DNA of 64,000 nt, from contig SCTZ01000085.1 in NCBI GenBank assembly GCA_004297765.1, forward strand, positions 10,240 to 74,239. Reading direction: 5' to 3'. Each line of letters starts with the position of its first letter. The first letter of the stretch is position 1. The DNA comes from Chloroflexota bacterium (GTDB taxonomy: Bacteria; Chloroflexota; Dehalococcoidia; FW602-bin16). The notes under the pieces were generated by a model that ran no database searches, was not told the origin of the DNA, and worked only from the letters and a program-made list of their open reading frames with translations. Positions 44,597-54,592 of this stretch are shown here, piece by piece. The position numbers and the translations under genes are program-made.

Positions 44597-45805
44597 CTAC
44601 TTGTACGGGATAAATTCCTTCCCCAGCAGCTCACGCCCCAGGATGACCCGCATGATGTTCAGCGCCCCCTCGGCGCCCACCATGTAGGACATGACACCCC
44701 GCAAGCCCATCTCCAGCTCGTTCTCCTTCGTGTAGCCCGCCGCGCCGTACCACATCATGGCCCGCTTGACCGTCTCGAAGGCGATCTGCGGGGCAAAGAG
44801 CTTCGCAATGCTGACGATCTTCGTGATCTCCGACTGCATGTACGAATCGGGATGCGGGTTCTGATCGATGAGCGACGCGGCCTTCAACACGGCCAGCTTG
44901 ATCATCTCCGTCATGCCATACTGATCGGCGATCTCGAACTGGACGCCCTCGAACTTGCCGATCGGTCGCCCAAAGGCCTCGCGTTGCTTGACGTACTCGA
45001 TGCCGACCTCCAACGCTCGCTCGGCGGCGCCCACACACGCTGCCGCGACTTGGGTGCGGGCCGCGTTGAAGCCGGACATGGCGTAGTAGAAGCCCTTGTC
45101 TTCCTCTCCGAGGAGGTACTTGGCCGGAACCTTGGCATCCTTGTAGAAGATCCCGCCGGTCGAGATGCCCATCCGTCCCATGTCCTTGTACTGCGTGACC
45201 GTGATGCCTTCCGTACGAATCGGGACGTAGATGAAGCTCATGCCGTTGTAGCCCCGCGAGGGGTCGGTGCGCACGAGCGTGAGATGTCCTCCACCCTCGG
45301 GTAGGCGCTGGGCGCTCTCGATGACGCCACTGCAGAAGGCCTTCTCTCCGTTAAGAACGTAGTAGTCACCCTCACGCCGAGCCGTCGTCTTGGTGTTGGC
45401 CAGGTCGGACCCACCGCCCGGCTCGGTCGTTGCAATGCCAATGAAGGCGTCGCCAGCGACCACGGGGGGGAAGACTTCCCGCTTGGCCTGCTCCGTGCCG
45501 AATAAATTGAGGATATATGACCAGCCGGCCTCCAGGAGGTAGAATACGGCGGTAGCCATGCTGATGTCGCCCCGACCGATCTCGACGGCCGCCAGCGCGG
45601 TCATCATGGCCGTCGCGCCCGCTCCGCCGTAGCTCTCCGGAATGCCGATGCCTAGAAGCTTGAGCTCAGCCATCTGTTTGAGCAAATCCAGCGGGATCTG
45701 CTCGGTTTCGTCGATCTCGCGCGACCGTGGGCGCAGTCGTTTCTCGCAGAACTCGCGTACCACTTTCTGGAACAGTTCCTCGTCCTCTGTTAGACGAAAG
45801 TCCAC
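44597..45805 (-). CDS. acyl-CoA dehydrogenase
   Basis: 402 aa with ACAD N, middle and C domains (…GIATTEPGGGSDL…, …YTKENELEMGLRG…). Confidence 0.9.
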   Translation of the reverse strand: MDFRLTEDEELFQKVVREFCEKRLRPRSREIDETEQIPLDLLKQMAELKLLGIGIPESYGGAGATAMMTALAAVEIGRGDISMATAVFYLLEAGWSYILNLFGTEQAKREVFPPVVAGDAFIGIATTEPGGGSDLANTKTTARREGDYYVLNGEKAFCSGVIESAQRLPEGGGHLTLVRTDPSRGYNGMSFIYVPIRTEGITVTQYKDMGRMGISTGGIFYKDAKVPAKYLLGEEDKGFYYAMSGFNAARTQVAAACVGAAERALEVGIEYVKQREAFGRPIGKFEGVQFEIADQYGMTEMIKLAVLKAASLIDQNPHPDSYMQSEITKIVSIAKLFAPQIAFETVKRAMMWYGAAGYTKENELEMGLRGVMSYMVGAEGALNIMRVILGRELLGKEFIPYK

Positions 45806-45863
45806 GATGCAAGCCTCCTTGTGATGATCTGGCTGCGATATGCAATGCTGCCGCCGATCGGAC

Positions 45864-46637
45864 TCAGCGGTCGGTCCACGATGGCGGTCGCTTTTCGAGA
45901 AACGCGGATAGTCCTTCGCTCGCGTCGTGAGTACTCATCAGGTCCTTCAGATAAAGCGCTTCGACTTCGTCCAGTGCTGTACTGAAGCTGCCCCGTACAC
46001 CCGCCCGTGCAGCTCGCATGGTCAATCGCAGCGCGCTGCCACTCAACGCCTGGAGACTCCCAATCATGTTTTCGGTTGCCGCCGGCAGTTGATCCAGAGG
46101 CACCACTTTGTTGACCAGTCCCAACCGGCAGGCCTCAGTCGCGTCGACCGGCTCACCGGTAAGCAGGAGCTCCAACGCCCTCTTCGACGAGACAAGTCGC
46201 GGGAGGATCACGGCCGCGATGGGCGGGAATACCCCGGCCTTTATCTCTGGCTGGCCGAACCGTGCGTTGTCTGCAGCAATAACCATGTCGCAGAACAGCG
46301 CAAGCTCGCATCCTCCCCCTAAAGCTGCCCCCTGAACGGCCGCCAGCGTGGGAATGGATAACTGATCGAGATGGCGGAATATGCCGTGAAACAACGAAAT
46401 CATCTCGTCGACTTTATCCCTTGTGTGCTCCTCGATACTGACGCCAGCGGAGAAGTTACGTCCTTCCGCTCCGATGACAAGCAGCTTGACCGCCTCGTCG
46501 TTCACAAGCTCCAAAGCGTGGTTGATCTCGCGCATCATGGCGATATCGAGGATGTTGAGAGGAGCGCGCTTGAGGGTAAGACGAGCGATTCTACTCTCTA
46601 CTGCGAACGCTATGTGTTCAAAGTCCATGTAACTCAT
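45864..46637 (-). CDS. enoyl-CoA hydratase (crotonase); candidate cyclohexa-1,5-diene-1-carbonyl-CoA hydratase (Dch/BamR)
   Basis: Crotonase fold (LTLKRAPLNILD..., GRNFSAGVSIEEH, AVQGAALGGGCELALFCD). The Dch assignment rests only on adjacency to bamA. Confidence 0.8.
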   Translation of the reverse strand: MSYMDFEHIAFAVESRIARLTLKRAPLNILDIAMMREINHALELVNDEAVKLLVIGAEGRNFSAGVSIEEHTRDKVDEMISLFHGIFRHLDQLSIPTLAAVQGAALGGGCELALFCDMVIAADNARFGQPEIKAGVFPPIAAVILPRLVSSKRALELLLTGEPVDATEACRLGLVNKVVPLDQLPAATENMIGSLQALSGSALRLTMRAARAGVRGSFSTALDEVEALYLKDLMSTHDASEGLSAFLEKRPPSWTDR

Positions 46638-46685
46638 TCCTCATGCTCGGAATGGAACCCGGCTTCACGCCGGAAAGACACGCGC

Positions 46686-47822
46686 TCAGCTCTTCGACTC
46701 CGGCCGTGGCATTACGGCTTCCATGAACTCCTCGTCTATTGGGTGCCCCTCCGCCAGGAGTTGACGATACCGCACGAAGTCGATCACCTCGGATCCCGTT
46801 AGCTTGCGAGTGCTGAAAGCACCGAATCCCATGAAGGCTTCCGTTGACATGTTGGCCGCCAGCCAATGGCGGTTGACTGTCTTCATCTGGTCCCAGAAGT
46901 ATTTCTTCTTCGCCCTGATCCCTTCCACCGACTTGATCAGACAACCCGGGAAGAGGTTGGTGAGCTTCCAGACGAGCTGGTCAATGGCTGCATCTAGCAA
47001 GCTGAAATCTATCTGGGCCGAGCGGAGGAAGGCCTGGGCTGCCTTGGCAGCCTCACCGGTCACACCCTCGCCATAGACGATCTCCCCGTCATCTACGTAG
47101 CGATCGGTGATTATGGCGGGGTTGGGAACGAACTGGCCATCCTTCTTGAGAACGCGGACGACGCGACTGATCAGACCCAGCCGTTTCATCTTATACGCGC
47201 TCCAGAGGTCGCAGGAAACGCAGCTCCACATGGCGTCTTCGATGGAGAGATACCACGGCAGAAAGTCCGTGGAACCGCCATCGGGCGCGGAGCCGTGGCG
47301 AGGCCCGGCTTGACCGAAAACCGCCGTGTCGCCAGCTATCGACACATCGCAAGCCATCCCTGTCTCCTGCCCACCGGCTACCCGCATTCCATTGACCCGG
47401 CAGATTGTTGGCTTCTTGCAATTCAGAATAGCGTCGATCATGCCATTGAACAGGTCCATGTACAGACCGTACTCGTTAGGCCGCGCGGAATAGTATTCGG
47501 CGTATTCCTTGGTATTGCCGCCGGAGCAGAAAGCTCGATCGCCAGCGCCTGTGAACACCACGGCCACCACGCTCCGGTCCATAGATGCCCGATGGAAACC
47601 AGCGGTAACCCCCTTGACCATTGCCGTGGTGTAGGCATTGTACTGCGCTGGGTTGTTTAGGGTTACCCAGGCGGTGTTGAGACCGGGAACGGCTCGCCCC
47701 TCGGCATCGCGCACCGGCCGTAACTCGTACGTGACCGATGGCGGCTCAGTGCCAAACCATTCGTCCCGCCACAGATCATGATCCTTGATGCCATCCTCTC
47801 TTGGAAGCCAGGTCAGCGTCAC
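46686..47822 (-). CDS. bamA: 6-oxocyclohex-1-ene-1-carbonyl-CoA hydrolase (ring-cleaving, BamA/Oah-like)
   Basis: 378-aa extended crotonase. FTGAGDRAFCSGGNTKEY, NEYGLYMDLFNGMIDAILNCKKPTICRVNGMRVAGGQE and FGQAGPRHGSAPDGGSTDFLPW match my recollection of BamA/Oah sequences and their ~380-aa length. Confidence 0.72.
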   Translation of the reverse strand: MTLTWLPREDGIKDHDLWRDEWFGTEPPSVTYELRPVRDAEGRAVPGLNTAWVTLNNPAQYNAYTTAMVKGVTAGFHRASMDRSVVAVVFTGAGDRAFCSGGNTKEYAEYYSARPNEYGLYMDLFNGMIDAILNCKKPTICRVNGMRVAGGQETGMACDVSIAGDTAVFGQAGPRHGSAPDGGSTDFLPWYLSIEDAMWSCVSCDLWSAYKMKRLGLISRVVRVLKKDGQFVPNPAIITDRYVDDGEIVYGEGVTGEAAKAAQAFLRSAQIDFSLLDAAIDQLVWKLTNLFPGCLIKSVEGIRAKKKYFWDQMKTVNRHWLAANMSTEAFMGFGAFSTRKLTGSEVIDFVRYRQLLAEGHPIDEEFMEAVMPRPESKS

Positions 47823-47832
47823 ATGTTCCTCC

Positions 47833-48735
47833 TTAGGCAGTCACAGCCTCACCCAAAAGTTTATCTATCGCCGGTGCCTCGATCAGCAGGTCATCCACAA
47901 AAGCCTCTGCTTTCCTTGTCAGCAGACTGTGATAGCTCTGGAAAAGCTCTTGCGCTCTGTCGCCCAGCCAATCATCGGGAAGCAGATCCGCTGGGAGATT
48001 AGGATCGATGTAGGGGAGTTGACGGTACTCGTGAATCAACTCGAAACGACGAGTGAAATGCTCGCGGGAACTGTCGAGGTCAGGCTCAGCAAGCATGGAC
48101 TGGTACTGTGGCTCATAGCGGCTAATGAACTCCGCGTATTTCTTGGTGAGCGCCTTCGTGTTCCAGCACCGTTCGACGATCTCGCGATCCGAGGTGCGAC
48201 CATGGCGTACGCCATAGAACGTCTCCACATATCGTCGGACTTGGAGTTCGTCTAATACGACCTCGACATCCTGACGACAATCATGAGGCGATATCCACGT
48301 CGATTGATTCAGACGGCCAAACCCCAACCAAGCTAGCCGTTCTCGCAAACGGTTGCGCAGTTCTCGTTGCTTTTCATCGATTTGATAGATCACGACCAGC
48401 CACTTGCCATCCCAGGGATCCTTCCGGGGATGAAAGATGCGCTGGACACCCTCTCTCAACAAGACGGCACCCTTAGGCGTGAGCGAGTAGTAGCTGTTCC
48501 GCCCATGCTGACGAGTCCGAAACCATCCGCGACTGGACATCCTCGACAGCGTCGACCGAACGGCTTGATCCGACGCGCCGAAACAACTCATTATCTCTAT
48601 CAGGCTCCCCACCCACGCCTCACCGCCACGGTGCTGCAGGTAGTCGCCATACAGAGTGAAAAGGAGATTCTGCGTTCTGTTAGGCATTATTCTCTTTCCT
48701 GGACTTTTTGTATCAGGACCCTCAGGGTAGGACAA
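47833..48735 (-). CDS. paaX: PaaX-family transcriptional repressor
   Basis: LLFTLYGDYLQHRGGEAWVGSLIEIMSCFGASDQAVRSTLSRMSSRGW: a PaaX N-terminal wHTH plus a PaaX C-terminal domain. Confidence 0.85.
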   Translation of the reverse strand: MSYPEGPDTKSPGKRIMPNRTQNLLFTLYGDYLQHRGGEAWVGSLIEIMSCFGASDQAVRSTLSRMSSRGWFRTRQHGRNSYYSLTPKGAVLLREGVQRIFHPRKDPWDGKWLVVIYQIDEKQRELRNRLRERLAWLGFGRLNQSTWISPHDCRQDVEVVLDELQVRRYVETFYGVRHGRTSDREIVERCWNTKALTKKYAEFISRYEPQYQSMLAEPDLDSSREHFTRRFELIHEYRQLPYIDPNLPADLLPDDWLGDRAQELFQSYHSLLTRKAEAFVDDLLIEAPAIDKLLGEAVTA

Positions 48736-48844
48736 CGCCCTAACGCCAAGCCACCCGGCCGAGCGCGACGCATTGCAGTGAGCGGCTTCGGCGTTGGGGC
48801 AGCGCGTGATGATATTATCACGCGATATTTCCTATGTCAATCCC

Positions 48845-49678
48845 CTATCCCGCAGCCTTTCTAACTATGGTTCTCTTCCCCTCAGAAAGAGGAGGCGGAA
48901 CAGCCTCGCCAGATAGCTTCCTCACCGCATCGAATTGAGCCGGGCACACCTCTTGACACGTTCCGCATCTGATGCATTTTTCCTGTTCAATGACGTGGAC
49001 ACAGTTCTTGGCGCTGATGATCGCCTCCACCGGGCATCTCCTCGCGCAGATCATACAGGCCTGGCACTTCCCCGGCTCGATATAGTACGATGCCACGCCA
49101 CGGAACAAGGCCTCTATTTCTTCCCGCGTGAAAAACGTGTCATATTCTTCTTCATTAGTAAGACGTGTCCTCAGCTTCTCCTTCTTCACCTGCTTGATGT
49201 AGGGCACTAACTCCCTAACTATTGTAAGCTTGGCTCTTAGTTCTTCTTTGTCTATCCCCTCACCTGTGGCAAGGGGTCCTAACTCCTTTACCTTCTTGAC
49301 AAACGCATTCGTCACTTCGGCAAAGCGGATCCCTTCGCCGGCAGACATGAACTCGATGCTTAACCTTTCCGGGTTAAGCCCTACGTGCTCCATGATTCTT
49401 CTGCTGAGAAGCGCCGTGTTCAGGGCATGATAGTTGCCCTGAGTGACGTAGTTGCACTCATTCAAGCGGCAACCGCCGATGAACACCCCATCCATTCCAT
49501 TGGAGAGGGCCCGGAGCACAAACTCCAGATCGACTCGACCGGAACACATGACGCGGATCAGCCTGATTTCTGTTGTCAGTTGCAGTCTGGAAACTCCAGC
49601 CAGGTCAGCAGCCCCGTATGCTCACCAGTGACACACAAAGCCTAGGATTCGCGGTTTGAATTCACGTGCTGCGCTCAT
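48845..49678 (-). CDS. bamF: MvhD-like/2x[4Fe-4S] ferredoxin fusion (BamF-like) with in-frame TGA (putative Sec) at 49624-49622
   Basis: The ORF track starts at 49549 (MCSGRVD...). Reading upstream in the same frame gives MSAAREFKPRILGFVCHW-TGA-AYGAADLAGVSRLQLTTEIRLIRVMCSGRVD. The TGA sits where the MvhD consensus CNWCSY(A/G)GAD has Cys. C-terminal CQACMICARRCP...CIRCGTCQEVCP. Confidence 0.75.
49585..49600 (-). promoter_or_regulatory. candidate bacterial SECIS hairpin for the bamF TGA
   Basis: Minus strand GCUGGA-GUU-UCCAGAC, starting about 21 nt after the UGA. The stem is short, so this is only suggestive. Confidence 0.35.
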
Positions 49679-49713
49679 GCGTTCTCTCGTCCTTTGTTAG
49701 TAGCGTTTTGTGA

Positions 49714-52700
49714 CTACACAACTCCAACCAGTGCATCAACGTGTTTCGTGATCTCTTCCTCTGGAGCTGCCGCGTCGATTTGGGCTATCAACGCTTCATC
49801 GGTAAAGTGCTTCAGTTGAATAGCCCCCGCAGGGCACTTGGCGTTACAAAGCCCACAGCCTTTGCAGAGAACAGGATTAACGACCGACTTCTTGCCATTG
49901 CGTGTCTCACGCAGCTGTATGGCACCATACGTACAGGCGAGGACGCATTCCCCACAGCCGAAACACTTCTTCTCGTTCACCTCGCACACAGAGCCGGAGG
50001 CGACGACCGTATCATGGGAGAGAAGCGTTACCACCCGGCCTGCAGCTCCATAAGCCTGATTGATCACTTCCGGTATATGCTTGGGATAGTGCGCCATGCC
50101 ACACAGATAAACACCGTCCGCGCCAAAGTCGACCGGTCTCAATTTGACGTGGGCTTCCTTAAAGAAGTCATCCGGTCCCAAAGAGGCCCCGAATGATTGA
50201 GCTAGCTCTTTGTTTCCCGCCGGGGGAATGACCGCGGCAGCCAGAGCCACTATGTCGGCGTCTATCTCGAGCTTCTTCCCCAGGATGGGATCCGTCACGG
50301 TTACCCTTAGAACGGACCTGCCGCCCTCCTGAACAGCTTCCACTTGAGGCTTATCCTGTGGCTCCCAGCGGATGAACCTAACATCTTTGCTCGCCGCTTC
50401 CCGGTAACTATCCTCTTTGAACCCATAGGTTCTGATATCCCGAAAGAGAACGTAGACGTCCATCTTTGGATTCTTGTCTTTCAGCGACAAGGCATTTTTG
50501 ATGGACTCGCTGCAACAGACCCGGCTGCAGTAGTTTCTGTCTTCATTCCTACAGCCTACGCATTGGATCATTACCAGACTCTCGGCGCTTAGCACCCTTT
50601 CATCGCCTTGGTTGATCCTCTCGTCTAGTTCCAGGTGCGTCAATACCCTGTCATCTTCTCCATACAGGTATTCGGAGGGTTTGTATAAATCAGCACCCGT
50701 GGCGATGACGGTTGCGCCATGCTGTATCTCTGTGAGCCCTCGATAGGACTTTACCTTGGTCACGAAATTTCCCACATAGCCGGTGGCTTCCGTGATCGCG
50801 GCGTCCGTATATACATGTACCGAGGGGTGCTGGTAGACCTTGCGTATGAGGTCGCGCAGGTATGCCTGGACATCCAGCCTTTCGAGAGTGGTGTGGATCC
50901 TGCGTGCCATCCCTCCCAGATCCGCTTCCTTCTCCACCAGGTGGACCTCGTGTCCCTGGTTGGCTATGGAGAGGGCACAGGTCAGACCGGCTATGCCTCC
51001 GCCTACCACCAGGGCCGCCTTGTTTACAGGCAGATCGAATTCCTGCAGCGCCTCCAAACGGGCAGTTCGTGCCACCGACATCCGGATCAGATCCTTGGCC
51101 TTCTGGGTGGCTTCTTCCTTCTCCTTGGTGTGAACCCAGGAGCAATGTTCTCTAATATTGGCCATCTCGCAGTAGTACTGATTGATTCCCGCCTCCCGAA
51201 GGGTGTCCCGGAACAGCGCTTCAAGGGTCCTGGGGGAGCAGGCGGCGATGACCACTCGATTGAGCCCTTTTTCTTTTGCCAGGTCCGATATATCTTTGGC
51301 GGAATTAGTGGCACACGAGAATAGCTGCTCTGTCGCATAGACCACGTTGGGCAAGGTCAAGGCATATTCAACCGCGGAAGGAACATCGACCGTCCTTCCG
51401 ATATTCGCTCCACAACGACACACAAAGACACCAACCCTGGGCTCCTCTGTCGAGACATTCCTTTCTAGCGGATAGACCCTTTCCGTGGACAGCTTCCCTC
51501 GCCTGTAGTCGAGGAGCTCGCCAACCTGAGATCCAGCTCCGCTGGCGGTGAAAACCGACTCGGGAATGTCCATGGGCCCCTGGAAGGCTCCGCTTGCAAA
51601 GATCCCAGGTCTGGTGGTGGCCAAAGGATTGGAAGGACTTGCTTGGCAGAATCCGTGTGAGTTCAGCTCTACGCCGAACTTCCGGGCCAGGTCCTTAGAA
51701 GCCTCCGGTGGATTCAATCCTACGGACAGGACCACCATGTCGAACTCTTCTTCTTTGACGCCATCGTCGGGCGTGGCATACCGTATGGTGACATTCTTGG
51801 TTTTAGGGTCCTCTCTAACTATCGACACGTAGCTTCTGATGAAGCGAACCCCGGGAAGTTGCTCTGCCCGTTGGTAGTAGCGCTCGAAATCCTTGCCGTA
51901 GGACCGGATATCGTTGTGGAATATCGTACAGTCGGCCTCGGTGTTATGCTCTTTGGTCAAGATCACCTGCTTTTGAGCATAGGTGCAGCATACGGCTGAG
52001 CAATAGCTGTTATTACCCGGGGTTACCGCCCGTGAGCCGACGCACTGAATCCAGGCTATATTGTGGGGATGCTTCTTGTCCGAAGCACGCAGCACCTCTC
52101 CCTCGTATGGACCGGTGGTGCATAGCAGACGTTCATAGTCCATGCTGGTTACCACGTTCTGTATCCACCCGTAGCCGTATTCGTCAGCCACCGCAGGATC
52201 GAACGGCTCAACGCCAGGCGACAGAATTATCGCCCCTACCTTTACCTCCAGCTTCTCCCTCGTTTGAGTGAAATCGATGGCCTTGTTCTCGCATACGCGC
52301 TCGCAGATGCCACATTTCTTCTCTTTGAGGTAGAGACAGCTTTCATCTATATATGTGACAAGCGGGACTGCCTGGGCGAAGTAGATATGGATAGCCTTGT
52401 TCTGCGATATCTCCTGATTGAACTTGTCAGGGTACTTGACAGGGCAGTATTGCACGCAGGTAGTACAACCCGTGCATACGCTCTCAACAACATATCTGGG
52501 CTTCTTGACCAACGTTACGCTGAAGTTTCTAGCCTCACCTTCTACACTCGCAACGTCGGTATAGGTCAGGACCTCGATGTTAGCGTGCCGGTCGACCTCG
52601 ACCAGTTTGGGTGAGAGTATTCACATCGAGCAGTCGTTGGTGGGAAAGGTCTTGTCCAGTTGGGCCATGTGGCCACCAATGGCCGGGCCTTTCTCGACAA

Positions 52701-52839
52701 GGTAGACCTTGAAACCCGCGTTGGCGAGATCGAGCGAGGCTTGAATGCCGCTGATCCCTCCACCAACGACCATGACGTCTCCAAAACTACTGTTTCCGAG
52801 GCTCTTTCGCAGCTGTTCTACGATTCGTTCGTTTTCCAC
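49714..52839 (-). CDS. bamE: HdrA-like FAD/FeS oxidoreductase, ~1041 aa (BamE-like) with in-frame TGA (putative Sec) at 52623-52621
   Basis: The 72-aa ORF 52621..52839 (…[51 protein letters not shown]) ends at a TGA. The same frame continues [20 protein letters not shown]... into the 932-aa ORF. The HdrA consensus here is TNDCSMC(U)IL.PK. There is a second dinucleotide fold ([17 protein letters not shown]) and several CxxCxxCxxxCP clusters. GTG start at 52839. Confidence 0.8.
52588..52605 (-). promoter_or_regulatory. candidate bacterial SECIS hairpin for the bamE TGA
   Basis: Minus strand CUGGUCG-AGGU-CGACCGG: a 7-bp stem with a GGU-containing apical loop, starting 15 nt after the UGA. Confidence 0.45.
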
Positions 52840-52891
52840 TTTCTATCGCCCCATCAGGCTTTGCGTCCGCACACTGTCCCGGTTAGCCATA

Positions 52892-54043
52892 CTAAACTAC
52901 TTCCTGGAGAATCTCCGTGATGTCCTTAACCTGTATGGCCTCGGCATAATCCAGGACCGCGCTGGTATCCTCGAAATTGGTGATGCAATAGGGGCAGGCA
53001 GTAACCAGCTCCTCAGCCCCAAGCCCAATGGCCTCATCCATTCTGATGTTGGAGAACCTTTCGGACTTGGGCGTTTCCATCCAAATCCTGCCTCCTCCCA
53101 TTCCGCAACACAGGCTATTCTCCCGCTTCTCAGCCATCTCAACTAACTGTAAGCCGGGTATCCTCTTTAGGGTCTCTCGGGGTGCGTCGTATACGCCATT
53201 ATGTCGACCCAGATAACACGGGTCGTGATATGTCACCTTCTTGCCGTACTCCTGGCTGATCTGAAGCCTTCCCTCGCTGATGAGCTCGAACACATACTGG
53301 GAAGTATGGACCACCTCGAAATTCACCTTGAACTCGGGGTACTCGTTCTTGAAGGTGTGGTAGCAATGAGGAGAAGACACCAGGATCTTCTGCACGCCGT
53401 TATCGATAAAGGCTTTGATGTTTTCCCTGGCCAGGCGTTTGAATAGCTCCTCATTACCTGCCTTTCGGATGCTTTCTCCACAGCAGTTCTCGCTGGAGCC
53501 GAGTACTCCGAAATCTACCCCCGCCTTATTGAGGACCCTGGCCGTAGCCTGGGCTACCTTCTTTAGTCTAGGGTCGTAGCTGCTATAGCAGCAGGGGAAA
53601 TACAACACTTCCATTCCTTCGGCGAATGGTCTTACAGACAGACCCTGGGCCCAATCCGCCCTGTTCTGGCGGTTTTCGTTGAAGGGATTACCCTGGGAGG
53701 TCAGACCTGCGCTGATACTGCGGATAAGCTTGGCACCGGCAGGGAAAACGCCATACCCCGTCGCCATTCTGCGCACGGCTACCATGTCGTCTATCTGCTT
53801 TACCTGCCTGGGACATAGTTGATGGCACTTTCCACAGGTGGTGCAGCGCCAGATCTCTTCGCTTTCTATCTCGGTCAGACCGAAAGTGGCCTCGCGAATC
53901 AGCTTGCGCATACTGAACTGTCTGACCCTGTTCCAGGGACAGACAGTATCGCACTTGCCGCATTGATAGCAGAGCTTGACGGCGTCGCCGCCTTTCTCTT
54001 TTATCTCATCGATGACTTCTTTGAAAGGGGCTACTGTCTCCAT
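52892..54043 (-). CDS. bamD: HdrD-like FeS protein with CCG domains (BamD-like)
   Basis: N-terminal 2x[4Fe-4S] (CYQCGKCDTVCP, CTTCGKCHQLCP) and two Cys-rich CCG-type domains (YFPCCYSS...CCGES; HDPCYLGR...CCGMGGG). Confidence 0.8.
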   Translation of the reverse strand: METVAPFKEVIDEIKEKGGDAVKLCYQCGKCDTVCPWNRVRQFSMRKLIREATFGLTEIESEEIWRCTTCGKCHQLCPRQVKQIDDMVAVRRMATGYGVFPAGAKLIRSISAGLTSQGNPFNENRQNRADWAQGLSVRPFAEGMEVLYFPCCYSSYDPRLKKVAQATARVLNKAGVDFGVLGSSENCCGESIRKAGNEELFKRLARENIKAFIDNGVQKILVSSPHCYHTFKNEYPEFKVNFEVVHTSQYVFELISEGRLQISQEYGKKVTYHDPCYLGRHNGVYDAPRETLKRIPGLQLVEMAEKRENSLCCGMGGGRIWMETPKSERFSNIRMDEAIGLGAEELVTACPYCITNFEDTSAVLDYAEAIQVKDITEILQEVV

Positions 54044-54052
54044 CCACCTATC

Positions 54053-54592
54053 CTAGCCCTTCTGTGACATCCGGGCGAGGCTATCAATCACATTCTGCAA
54101 CCCAAATTTGTCAACCAATGAGTTCAGCCCGGTGTCCATGTCGCTCAGCCTCTCTTCTTCTTCGGCCTCTTCCTCAGCTTCTTCGTAAGTCAGAGCGTCA
54201 GTAATGCACCACTGAACGCACAAGGGTTCTTCCTGTGGCGGATCGTCTTCACACATATCGCATTTTACAGGAAGACCGGAATCGGGCTCGTGGAAAAGCG
54301 TCCTGGATGGGCAGGAAGCTCTACAGAAGTCACAGTCGCTGTATTCCTTTCCGTCAATGACATATCTGTTCTTGCCCATACATTCGGAGGCAGTATACTG
54401 ACCCGCGTAAACAGGAAGATATACGTCTCTTATTGGCTCACGAACCACCCGAATTCGGGACCTCTCTGGATTATTACTGCTATATCTTGGCGTCGCGTGA
54501 AAGGCGGAGCAGATCACCTCACATGCCCGGCAACCATTGCACAGATCGGGATCAATCTTGACCTTCTTGACCTTCTTCTTAGTTTTGCTCAT
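54053..54592 (-). CDS. bamC: 4Fe-4S ferredoxin-type subunit (BamC-like)
   Basis: 179 aa with CNGCRACEVICS, CDFCRASCP, CDMCEDD...CVQWC and an acidic tail. Its start overlaps the 3' end of bamB by 14 nt. Confidence 0.8.
   Translation of the reverse strand: MSKTKKKVKKVKIDPDLCNGCRACEVICSAFHATPRYSSNNPERSRIRVVREPIRDVYLPVYAGQYTASECMGKNRYVIDGKEYSDCDFCRASCPSRTLFHEPDSGLPVKCDMCEDDPPQEEPLCVQWCITDALTYEEAEEEAEEEERLSDMDTGLNSLVDKFGLQNVIDSLARMSQKG

Noticed and set aside
52621-52839. 72-aa ORF as an independent small gene, with bamE/bamF as nonsense-mutated pseudogenes
   Set aside because: The sequence is collinear with HdrA across the TGA. The TGA falls on the conserved Cys/Sec residue, the same thing happens in the neighbouring MvhD-like gene, and hairpins follow both TGAs. 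Sec read-through is the more economical explanation, although it remains unproven without the sel genes.
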